Shown here piece by piece: positions 10,032 to 18,274 of a DNA stretch of 59,412 nucleotides. The notes under the pieces were generated by a model. It was not told the origin of the DNA and did not search any database. It was given only the letters and a program-made list of their open reading frames with translations. Made by a program: the position numbers and the translations under genes. This DNA comes from Oceanospirillaceae bacterium (GTDB taxonomy: Bacteria > Pseudomonadota > Gammaproteobacteria > Pseudomonadales > Balneatricaceae): contig JAGSHA010000001.1 of NCBI GenBank assembly GCA_023954795.1, positions 1-59,412 of the forward strand, in the 5' to 3' direction. Position 1 is the stretch's first letter; the number at the start of each line of letters is the position of its first letter.

Positions 10032-10556
10032 CTACTTATCCAGACTCATGACCAGGTCATTGTAGGTGGTACCCATTGCATCAAGTTTTTCCTGCAACAA
10101 GCGTATTGAGGCGTCAGGTCCATCTTTCGCACCGGTACGGGCTTCCAATTCAAGCATCTCTTTATAGATTGGGCCTAGCGCTGCGATGGCCTGCTCACTT
10201 GGTTTGCGGCGCACAGAATAATATCCAACAACCCGACCTCTGGCGTCGTAGTCAGGGGTGACATTGGCAAACACCCAGTAATAGGCTCCGCTCTTGCACA
10301 TGTTTTTTACGTAGCCAAAAAATTCTTCGCCGTCTTGGAGGGTTTGCCATAAAAATCGAAATACTCCGCGTGGCATATCGGGGTGGCGGACGATATTGTG
10401 TTGTTTGCCAAGTAGCTCGGCTTCACTGTACCCGGCGATATGCATAAAAACCCGGTTACAGTAGGTAATAATTCCTTTGGTATCGGTTTTGCTTACGATG
10501 AACTCGTCATCCCCAAGGCGAATTTCTCGATCAATCGGCGTTATACTAGGCTTCAT
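10032..10556 (-). CDS. Stand-alone Aer-type PAS sensor (CetB-like)
   Basis: IVSKTDTKGIITYCN, HNIVRHPDMP, FLW, YVKN..YWVFANVTP, GYYSVRRKP, which are the FAD-binding Aer PAS signatures; no signalling domain. Confidence 0.9.
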   Translation of the reverse strand: MKPSITPIDREIRLGDDEFIVSKTDTKGIITYCNRVFMHIAGYSEAELLGKQHNIVRHPDMPRGVFRFLWQTLQDGEEFFGYVKNMCKSGAYYWVFANVTPDYDARGRVVGYYSVRRKPSEQAIAALGPIYKEMLELEARTGAKDGPDASIRLLQEKLDAMGTTYNDLVMSLDK

Positions 10557-10647
10557 CTTTTCCTTCCGCTCAACCGGTGGTACGGCTACAGTGCCGGCAT
10601 CGGAGCTTTAAACCTACAGATTGTAAGCATATTTTCAGGTGATTTGA

Positions 10648-10905
10648 ATGAGAGAGATGTTGCTGATGAGCACCTTGGGGTGTCATTTGTGTGATGTGGC
10701 AGCAGAAATACTGGTCCAGCATATGGATCCTGCACGGTTTGTTGTGGAGTTGGTTGATATTGCAGAAGATGATGCGTTGATGGAAAAGTACGCTGTGCGC
10801 ATTCCGGTTTTAGTAGATGAAAAGTCGGGTCGGGAACTAGGTTGGCCATTCGATCAGGCGCAGTTAGGTGAATTTATTGCCGGTTTGCCTTCAGATATGG
10901 GTTAG
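10648..10905 (+). CDS. Glutaredoxin-like protein (DUF836)
   Basis: GCHLC CxxC motif, VDIAEDD, RIPVL, LGWPFD. Confidence 0.85.
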   Translation: MREMLLMSTLGCHLCDVAAEILVQHMDPARFVVELVDIAEDDALMEKYAVRIPVLVDEKSGRELGWPFDQAQLGEFIAGLPSDMG

Positions 10906-10926
10906 TAATGCGTGATGTCGAGATTG

Positions 10927-10949
10927 ATCCCGGCAGATGCTACCGGGAT
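10927..10949. terminator. Hairpin between convergent genes
   Basis: ATCCCGG...CCGGGAT inverted repeat between the glutaredoxin and tatD stop codons. Confidence 0.55.
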
Positions 10950-10953
10950 TGCC

Positions 10954-11754
10954 TTAGAGATTAAAAAAGCGCTGAGTGGTAGCCAGTGTTTCTTCGCTGA
11001 GCTGCTCTTCAGACTTGTCGAGTAAAGTAGCGACCTTTCGGGCTATGTGTGGCAAGTGATAAGGCTCATTGCGACGGGATTTAGGTTTGGGTTTTATATC
11101 CCTTGGCAGTAAGTAGGGCGCATCTGTTTCCAGCATCAGTCGTTCAGCAGGAATGTCCTTCAATAGCGGATGAAGGTGAGTGCCGCGACGTTCATCGCAA
11201 ATCCATCCTGTAATTCCAATATGAAGATCCAGATCCAGGTACCCGTACAGGGCGTCTTTTTCTCCGGTAAAGCAGTGGGCTACCGCATTGCTGATTTGGT
11301 CTCGATAAGACTTCAGCATCTCGAATTGTGTCTTAAAGGCGTCTCGTTCGTGCAGAAAAAGAGGGAGTCCTGACTCGGCGGCAAGCTCCAGTTGCACTTC
11401 AAACGCTTTGATCTGTTGCTCAGGCGTAGAAAAGTTTCGATTGAAGTCCAGGCCCGTTTCGCCCACGGCGACTACGCAAGGCTCTTTATAAAGGTCTCGC
11501 AGAGTGTCTGCGGTGGCCGTTGTAAAGTTTTTGGCATCATGTGGGTGTACGCCGGCAGTGCAGTACAGTATGTCGCTATATTGCTGGCAAAGCTGAACGG
11601 CTTGCTCACTTTCATCGATGGCTGTGCCTGTGACCACCATTTTTCCGACGCCCTGATCCACTGCCCGTTCAAGCACGGCCTCTATATCGTTTCGAAAAGA
11701 GGAATCGGTCAGATTAAGGCCGATATCGATCCATTGCGTTTGCATCAGTGACAA
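10954..11754 (-). CDS. tatD: TatD family nuclease
   Basis: IDIGLNL, TAGVHPH, VGETGLDFNR, LFLHERDA, HCFTG, LETDAPYL, RRNEP. Confidence 0.95.
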   Translation of the reverse strand: MSLMQTQWIDIGLNLTDSSFRNDIEAVLERAVDQGVGKMVVTGTAIDESEQAVQLCQQYSDILYCTAGVHPHDAKNFTTATADTLRDLYKEPCVVAVGETGLDFNRNFSTPEQQIKAFEVQLELAAESGLPLFLHERDAFKTQFEMLKSYRDQISNAVAHCFTGEKDALYGYLDLDLHIGITGWICDERRGTHLHPLLKDIPAERLMLETDAPYLLPRDIKPKPKSRRNEPYHLPHIARKVATLLDKSEEQLSEETLATTQRFFNL

Positions 11755-11816
11755 ATCCGGTTGCTAGCTAAAGTCGGGCGGGATTATACGGAGGCCAGCA
11801 GAAGCTGGCCACACCG

Positions 11817-13769
11817 TTACAGGGATTTGGGTTTTTCGGGTTTAGCGTTCAGTGCGAGTAGCTTTTCTTCATGCTCGCTGAGTAAACTGCCGTTTCGGCC
11901 AGACATGCGGTCGTATATCACTCGAAAAGCCAATACGTTCTGAACGTAACGACGGGTTTCTTTAAACGGAATTGTTTCGATCCAGATATCGAGTGGTAAG
12001 TGGCCCCGGTCACTGAGCCATTTTTTTACTCGATGCGGACCTGCGTTATATGCGGCGGTTGCGTAGGCTTTATTATTGCCGAACAGGTTATACATCTCTC
12101 CCAGATAGGCCGTCCCTAAGGCAATGTTGACCTGTGGTTGATTTAGCTGGCTCTGACGCTTATAGGCGATTTTGTGTTTCTTTGCGGTCATCTTGGCGGT
12201 GCCTGGCATCAACTGCATCAGGCCGCGGGCACCGGCATGAGAGCGGGCGTTTTTCAGAAACGCACTTTCCTGACGTGCGATTGCGAGTGGCCATGTCAGG
12301 TCAATTTCACGCAGCTCCGCGTTCTGCTCAAACAGCTGTTTGTGAGGAGCAGGGAAGCGAATCATCAGTTCATCCCATTCGCGGGTTGAGATCGCTGCGT
12401 TGATGGCCCGGTTGTGCCAGCCCCAGCTAAGCGCAAGATAGCCTGTCATCAATTTCTGATCTTTGGTCAGGTTTTTCTCTACGCGTCGCCATTCACGGTT
12501 CGCATCTACAATTCTATTCAACAGGAACAGTTCTCGTGCCCGAATGAGGCCGGGAATTGCTTCGAGTTTTGCCAATGCAGGTTTTTGCAGTGGAATAGTT
12601 TGTTTGTTGAGTGCAAAGGGCTGGTTGTTCAGCTCTGCGGCTAGAAATCCATAAAAACTGCGTTCTTGTGACAGTGTGCTCAGAGGCTGTTTTAGCGGCG
12701 CCTTTAGGCTGAGTTGGCGATTGGCAATCGTGTTCCAGTAAAGCCAGCGATCAGACTTTTGTTTAGCTTCAGGAAGTTGAAGGATGTATCGATTAACGGA
12801 CTTCCAGTCTTGTTTACTCAGGGCAACGCGAACACGCCATTCGGTGACTTCCTCAATTTTGAAGAAGGGATCCAGTTTCTGAATAAGCGGTTCGGCCTTG
12901 GCATCGAAGTTCGCCGCCAAGCGCAGTGCGAGTGTGCGATTGAGTTTGTCGACGTAACTCTGTTCAGTTTTTGCCAGGGTCTTACGTTGTTTTAGCCATG
13001 AATTAGTGGCCGCTACGCGATCTCTTCGTGACCAGCTTTTATAAGCGTACTGGAATGTCACTGCCCGGGCTTCACCGGACAGTTGTTTTGTCGTCAGAGT
13101 GTCAGCGAGATCAGGTGATTGGCGAACCTTCCAGAACAGTGCGATTTGCTTTTTTTGAGCCGGATTGGTCACCGAACGTTCGATGTAGCGTGCAAGCGTA
13201 ACGTTACCTCTGCCAGCAGCCATCCAGAACCGGGTTGACGCTATATCGGATGTTGGTTGTCCTGTTTTTTTCCAAGCATCAAACAATGGATTGCAGTCGT
13301 CTTTCTGAGAGTGGCCAACGAGCCATAACGTTTTTGCTGCCTTTAGCGCTGTTTTCTTTTCTCCACTGTTAAGGCGGGCCACCTGCAAACGACAGCTATA
13401 CAAGTCGTTGTATACCGGTTTTTGGGCGTAGGCGGTTTTGTAGTCTTTCCAGCGCTTATTCTTGAATAAATGTGACAACCACGCGCGATTTAACCGATAG
13501 GCCAAGGGGGTGTCTGAATACTGTTTGGTAAACGCAGTGATCTGTCCTTGATTGGCGTTGTTGAGCTGTTTTCGAAGTAATTCGAACTCCAGATAGGGGT
13601 AAAGCGGATAATCAGCGAGCACGCTTTTTTGTTGGTCGAGCGTGGTGAGCGTGCCCATCTTTATGAGCTTGTGACTTGCGAGGAACTGAGTGCGTTGTTG
13701 ATCGATCGTAACAGCCTGACTTGCCTGACTGGTGACAAGCAGGGAAAGGCACAGAGCCAATGTTCGCAT
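11817..13769 (-). CDS. slt: Soluble lytic murein transglycosylase (Slt70-like)
   Basis: Signal peptide; YPLYPYL, RSFYGFLA, ARQESAF, GLMQLMP, AAYNAGP, IETIPFKETRRYV. Start chosen at 13769 (AAGGAAG SD). Confidence 0.95.
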   Translation of the reverse strand: MRTLALCLSLLVTSQASQAVTIDQQRTQFLASHKLIKMGTLTTLDQQKSVLADYPLYPYLEFELLRKQLNNANQGQITAFTKQYSDTPLAYRLNRAWLSHLFKNKRWKDYKTAYAQKPVYNDLYSCRLQVARLNSGEKKTALKAAKTLWLVGHSQKDDCNPLFDAWKKTGQPTSDIASTRFWMAAGRGNVTLARYIERSVTNPAQKKQIALFWKVRQSPDLADTLTTKQLSGEARAVTFQYAYKSWSRRDRVAATNSWLKQRKTLAKTEQSYVDKLNRTLALRLAANFDAKAEPLIQKLDPFFKIEEVTEWRVRVALSKQDWKSVNRYILQLPEAKQKSDRWLYWNTIANRQLSLKAPLKQPLSTLSQERSFYGFLAAELNNQPFALNKQTIPLQKPALAKLEAIPGLIRARELFLLNRIVDANREWRRVEKNLTKDQKLMTGYLALSWGWHNRAINAAISTREWDELMIRFPAPHKQLFEQNAELREIDLTWPLAIARQESAFLKNARSHAGARGLMQLMPGTAKMTAKKHKIAYKRQSQLNQPQVNIALGTAYLGEMYNLFGNNKAYATAAYNAGPHRVKKWLSDRGHLPLDIWIETIPFKETRRYVQNVLAFRVIYDRMSGRNGSLLSEHEEKLLALNAKPEKPKSL

Positions 13770-14041
13770 TAGGGCTTCCTTATGCTGCAGTGTGGTCCGC
13801 ATGACGTATTGAGTATAACCACATCCGGATATATTGCGGTGTAATCCGGCACTCCTGATATCTAACCCGCTGATTGCCCAGCCAGTCCTTAGTGTTTGCT
13901 CAGCCGGAATAGTTCAGATGATGGGCTAAGTCTGTATGTATTTATACGGCAGTGAGGCTATGTTTTTAAATCATTTTTTCACTGAATGAGTGTATTTCAA
14001 GTAGAATGTGCGCTCTTAAGAAAAGTAGACCAGAGAGTACT

Positions 14042-15946
14042 ATGCCCCTTATTCGTCTCGATAAAGTTTCTGTAGCCTTCGGCGCAAAACCGCTCATGGA
14101 TCAAATCGACTTTCAGATTGATCCCGGCGAGCGTGTGGCGTTGGTTGGATTGAACGGCGCAGGCAAATCTACATTGCTGAAAGTCATTGGTGGCCATCAG
14201 AGTACGGATAGTGGTGAATTCTGGTGTGACCCGGCATGCCGGATTGCTGAATTACCACAGGCGATGCCTGCTGCAGATGAACGTACAGTGCGTCAGGTCG
14301 TCAGTGATGGACTGGCTGATGTTGTTCGTTTGCGTGAAGCATACGATGAGCTGGCATCGCAGGCGGATGGTGTGGATCTCGCGAAACTGGAAGTGCTGCA
14401 GCATCAGATTGAAGCCAGAGACGGCTGGCATCTGGAGCAGCGTGTTCAGAAAATTTTGGAACGTCTGGACCTTCCGGGTGAAAAATTGATGTCTCAGCTT
14501 TCAGGTGGCTGGCGTCGCCGCGCCGCGCTGGGCGCCGCATTGGTTCAGGATCCTCAGTTGCTCTTGCTGGATGAGCCGACCAACCATCTGGATATCGAGA
14601 CCATCGAGTGGCTTGAGCAGCAGCTCATGTCGTTTGCCGGCGGTTTGCTGTTTATTTCGCATGACCGCGCATTGGTCGAGAAGTTGTCGACACGCATCGT
14701 TGAGTTGGATCGTGGTCAGCTCACGTCGTTCCCGGGCTCTTACACCACCTACCTTGAGCAGAAGGAAAAGCTGCTGGAGGAGGAAGAGCGTCATAACGCA
14801 TTGTTTGATAAACGTCTGGCGCAAGAGGAAACCTGGATTCGTCAGGGCATCAAGGCGCGTCGAACCCGTAATGAAGGGCGTGTGCGTGCGCTCAAAGCGA
14901 TGCGTAATGAGCGTTCAGACCGACGTAATCGTCAGGGTAAAGCCAACTTCAATCTTGAAGAGGCGAAGAAGAGCGGCAAGATTGTTGCTGAGCTGACAGG
15001 GGTGTCTCATGCATATGATGGTCGCAGTCTCATCTCTAACCTTGATTTTATGCTACAGCGGGGTGACCGGGTTGGATTGATCGGGCCGAACGGCGCAGGT
15101 AAGAGTACGTTGCTCAATATTTTGCTGGGCAAGCTTGAACCAGAACATGGCAGTGTTCGTGTTGGTACCAATCTCAAAGTTGCCTATTTCGATCAGTTAC
15201 GCAGTCAGCTCGAAATGGAAAAAAGCGTGATGGATAACATCGCGCAAGGTCGTGAAAGCATCGAATTGAACGGGCGTAAGCGTCATCTGATTAGTTACTT
15301 GGGTGATTTCTTGTTTGCGCCTGAGCGTGCGCGAACGCCGGTTAAAGCACTTTCCGGTGGTGAGTGTAACCGTGTCATGCTCGCTAAGCTGTTTAGCCAG
15401 CCAGCGAACATTCTGGTGCTCGATGAGCCTACCAACGATCTGGATATCGAAACGCTGGAGCTGCTAGAGGAGATTTTGCTCGATTTTGATGGCACTGTTC
15501 TGCTCGTCAGTCATGACCGGTCGTTCCTCGACAATGTTGTCACCAGTACGCTTGCTTTTGAGGGCAATGGTCAGGTGCGTGAATATGTTGGTGGATACAA
15601 TGATTGGTTACGCCAGCGGCCTGAGCAAACTGAACTTTCGAAGGGGAAGACTCAGCCCCAAGCTTCTGGTAAAAAACCTGATGCACCGGCTATTCCAGAG
15701 CCAGTGGCAAAAAACAAGAAGAAGCTCAGCTACAAACTGCAGCGAGAGCTTGACGGCTTGCCGGCACTAATGGAGGAGGCTGAACAGGCGCTTGAATCCT
15801 TGCAAGAGGAGACTGCCGCCGCAGACTTCTATCAACAGGATCATCAGGTTGTGACTGATAAGCTTGCTGCGTTACAGGCGCAAGAGCAAAAAGTTGAAGA
15901 GCTGATGGAGCGTTGGGTCGAGCTGGAAGCGATGCAGGAAGACTGA
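14042..15946 (+). CDS. uup: ABC-F ATPase Uup
   Basis: Two NBDs (GLNGAGKST, GPNGAGKST, LSGG, DEPTN), WIRQGIKARRTRNEGRVRALK linker, KKLSYKLQREL C-terminal domain. Confidence 0.95.
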   Translation: MPLIRLDKVSVAFGAKPLMDQIDFQIDPGERVALVGLNGAGKSTLLKVIGGHQSTDSGEFWCDPACRIAELPQAMPAADERTVRQVVSDGLADVVRLREAYDELASQADGVDLAKLEVLQHQIEARDGWHLEQRVQKILERLDLPGEKLMSQLSGGWRRRAALGAALVQDPQLLLLDEPTNHLDIETIEWLEQQLMSFAGGLLFISHDRALVEKLSTRIVELDRGQLTSFPGSYTTYLEQKEKLLEEEERHNALFDKRLAQEETWIRQGIKARRTRNEGRVRALKAMRNERSDRRNRQGKANFNLEEAKKSGKIVAELTGVSHAYDGRSLISNLDFMLQRGDRVGLIGPNGAGKSTLLNILLGKLEPEHGSVRVGTNLKVAYFDQLRSQLEMEKSVMDNIAQGRESIELNGRKRHLISYLGDFLFAPERARTPVKALSGGECNRVMLAKLFSQPANILVLDEPTNDLDIETLELLEEILLDFDGTVLLVSHDRSFLDNVVTSTLAFEGNGQVREYVGGYNDWLRQRPEQTELSKGKTQPQASGKKPDAPAIPEPVAKNKKKLSYKLQRELDGLPALMEEAEQALESLQEETAAADFYQQDHQVVTDKLAALQAQEQKVEELMERWVELEAMQED

Positions 15947-15988
15947 GTCATTCATCCGATGTGTATGGCTGGGGAATGAATCTGACGA

Positions 15989-16017
15989 TAACACGGGAGG
16001 CATTGTCTCCCGTGTTA
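15989..16017. terminator. Hairpin terminator between convergent uup and usp
   Basis: TAACACGGGAGGC...GTCTCCCGTGTTA inverted repeat. Confidence 0.75.
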
Positions 16018-16036
16018 AGAGATGAAACGGAAAGAG

Positions 16037-16483
16037 TTACTCTTTTTCTGCGTCCTTCACGCGGACTGCCAGTACATCACAGTTCGCACCATGTAATACA
16101 CTATTCGCAGTGGAACCGAGCAGCAGGGCCAAGCCGTGGCGTCCATGGCTGCCTACGATTATCAGGTCGATCTCTTTCTCCTGAGCAAGTCGGTGGATTT
16201 CAGTTTCTGTGTGCCCTGTAATGACTAGTTGCTGTGTCACAGGATAATCGAGTCTTTCTGAGTATTTTTGCAGACGGCTGTGAGCGTGATCATCTAACTG
16301 TTCCTGAATGGTGGTCAGATCCATCGGCACGTCACCACCGTAGGCGAAACTCAGCGGTTCAATTACATGTAATAAATAGAGTTCTGCTGAGTTAGCAGAT
16401 GCGATTTCCCGCGCTTTGTCGATCAGTTGATCGCATTCAGCGGAGAGGTCTAGTGCAAGAAGAATTTTTCCATACAGGCTCAT
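16037..16483 (-). CDS. uspA: Universal stress protein
   Basis: YGKILLALDLS, LLHVIEP, DLIIVGSHGRHG..LLGSTANSVLH..CDVLAVR. Confidence 0.92.
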   Translation of the reverse strand: MSLYGKILLALDLSAECDQLIDKAREIASANSAELYLLHVIEPLSFAYGGDVPMDLTTIQEQLDDHAHSRLQKYSERLDYPVTQQLVITGHTETEIHRLAQEKEIDLIIVGSHGRHGLALLLGSTANSVLHGANCDVLAVRVKDAEKE

Positions 16484-16551
16484 TGTCGCATTCCTTCTGT
16501 TTGGCTCACTTAGAGAGTAGCATAGGGCCCGCCGCTAGGGTGGCAGAGACC

Positions 16552-16565
16552 TTGATCACCATCAA
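16552..16565. promoter_or_regulatory. FNR/ANR box
   Basis: Perfect TTGAT-CACC-ATCAA in the divergent region upstream of usp. Confidence 0.75.
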
Positions 16566-16580
16566 CAACGGAGAGTTTTC

Positions 16581-17087
16581 ATGAAGTGGGCAATCATCAT
16601 TCTGATAATGCTATCACTGCTTGGTTCAATTATGTGGGTTATGCCAACCCCTCGGCAACGATTTCAGGCAGAACTGCGCACAAAAGCAAAGCCCTTGGGG
16701 TTTCAGGTTCAGATGGTGAGACTGACCGCGCCGCGGGCTAAAGGGGAAACGGAGTCAGGCCAGTATTCTGTTATGGCTTACCGGTTGCCGCGCCTGAATG
16801 TTGACAAAAAGACAGCCAATGCCATGGCTCCATGGCATGCATTTAGGGTCGAATCGATTGCGAATACGGGACTGCCGGAAGGGTGGAGTTGGGGTTTTGG
16901 TGAAAATGTCCTCAGCGAGGAAGCGCTGGCACTGTTAAAAGATATAATCGATATATTGCCAAGTGGTGTTTCTTCGATCGAATCAACCCCGATTCAGGCG
17001 ACCGTGCACTGGGACGAAAATGGCAGTATTGATGATTTGGATCTGATAAAAGCGCAGCTCGAGCGGATTCTGGAAGCAAGAATCTGA
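16581..17087 (+). CDS. Hypothetical protein with N-terminal membrane anchor
   Basis: GGAG SD, TM helix, WVMPTPRQR..LR..A...G pattern; resembles the gene at the same position next to usp in pseudomonads. Confidence 0.75.
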   Translation: MKWAIIILIMLSLLGSIMWVMPTPRQRFQAELRTKAKPLGFQVQMVRLTAPRAKGETESGQYSVMAYRLPRLNVDKKTANAMAPWHAFRVESIANTGLPEGWSWGFGENVLSEEALALLKDIIDILPSGVSSIESTPIQATVHWDENGSIDDLDLIKAQLERILEARI

Positions 17088-17136
17088 TCCCTGAATCGCA
17101 TGGGGAGTCGTCCTGACATATTTAATAGGAAGTAAA

Positions 17137-17364
17137 ATGACGCAATATAACCTGCCTGAACCCGGTCGATATCAGCACTATAAAGGTGCAGAGTACGAGG
17201 TCCTGCATTGCGCACGTCATTCTGAAACTGAAGAGTGGCTTGTCGTTTACAAGCAGTGCTATGGCGATGAAGGTGTTTGGGTGCGACCGCTGGCAATGTT
17301 CTGTGAGCAAGTAACGCTTGAAAGTGGCGAAAATGTCCAACGTTTCCAGGCGATGGGCGCCTGA
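17137..17364 (+). CDS. DUF1653 protein
   Basis: PGRYQHYKG..YEV..ARHSETEEWLVVY..YG...WVRPLAMF. Confidence 0.9.
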   Translation: MTQYNLPEPGRYQHYKGAEYEVLHCARHSETEEWLVVYKQCYGDEGVWVRPLAMFCEQVTLESGENVQRFQAMGA

Positions 17365-17369
17365 TAGCA

Positions 17370-18074
17370 TCACATTAGCTTATCAATGCTATCAGCCAGG
17401 GTGCCGCGTCCGTGGTTGCGCTTTGGCTGAATCTTCTCTATTTCATGATTAACTTTGTCTAATCTCGCTTGCCTATCCTGATGAGAGATAGCGCCTTTCA
17501 GCAAAATTGCCTTCGCGTGTTTGTAGTGAGACAAAGCGGTATTTTTGTCACCTTGCAGTAACAGGTTGTTTCCCTGAGTCAAATGGGCGTCGGCAACAAC
17601 TGTGACTTTCAGCAAATGGAGGTCTCGGCGATAGCTTTTTGCGAGTGCTGGGCTAATCTTTCCAGCATACGCCATCTGTAAAACGAGCTTCTCAACAAAG
17701 TTTATATAGATTTGCACGCGTTTGAGTGCGCGATCGCTGTCGAGTATCTGGTTTGCAGGTAGCGACTGGTCGGCATCTTCTTTCAGCTGGGTCATTGATG
17801 CCAGCAGATCAGAGTCAGGTGCGAGCATTGCGATCTCATCGTACATCGCCATCGCATGAACGTTAAGCTTATCAATGATCTCGGGATTGCAGTCGATCTC
17901 ACGCAACACTTTCAGGGAGGTGAATACGGTCTCAGACTGCTGTCTAAGCCAGTTCAGACGGTGCTCCTTGGCTTCGGCTTGCTGCTCACGAGTCGAGATT
18001 AGGTAGTTCACCGTGATGGCAACAATACCGACGACGCAGATTAAGATGACATACAGCAAATTGTCTTGAAGCAT
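17370..18074 (-). CDS. Conserved hypothetical protein, N-terminal TM, helical/TPR-like C-terminus
   Basis: 234-aa ORF filling the gap, divergent from topA; TM at residues ~6-26, all-helical character. Confidence 0.75.
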   Translation of the reverse strand: MLQDNLLYVILICVVGIVAITVNYLISTREQQAEAKEHRLNWLRQQSETVFTSLKVLREIDCNPEIIDKLNVHAMAMYDEIAMLAPDSDLLASMTQLKEDADQSLPANQILDSDRALKRVQIYINFVEKLVLQMAYAGKISPALAKSYRRDLHLLKVTVVADAHLTQGNNLLLQGDKNTALSHYKHAKAILLKGAISHQDRQARLDKVNHEIEKIQPKRNHGRGTLADSIDKLM

Positions 18075-18196
18075 AGAATTATTCTTATGACCCAGCCGTT
18101 ATAAATTGTTGTAAAAAACAGCCGAATTGTCCCTTTAATATGGGGTTCGGTAAAGTGCATTAGTCTAATTAAACGAACGAAAAAACGAATTCTTTC

Positions 18197-18227
18197 TTGA
18201 CCGAACCATTTTCAGTACTTATATAAT
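18197..18227 (+). promoter_or_regulatory. Candidate sigma70 promoter of topA
   Basis: TTGACC (18197-18202) and TATAAT (18222-18227), 19-bp spacer, A-tract upstream. Confidence 0.55.
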
Positions 18228-18274
18228 GCACCGAAATTAAGTTTATAGCCGTTCGCCCGAAGGATCATACCCGT

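Noticed and set aside
10557-10647. Sigma28 or FNR site upstream of the CetB-like gene
   Set aside because: TAAA and GCCG-like elements are present but at the wrong spacing; no TTGAT-N4-ATCAA.
13932-13949. SOS-box-like CTGTATGTATTTATACGG between slt and uup
   Set aside because: Spacing is N12 and the right half is CGG, so it does not fit CTG-N10-CAG.
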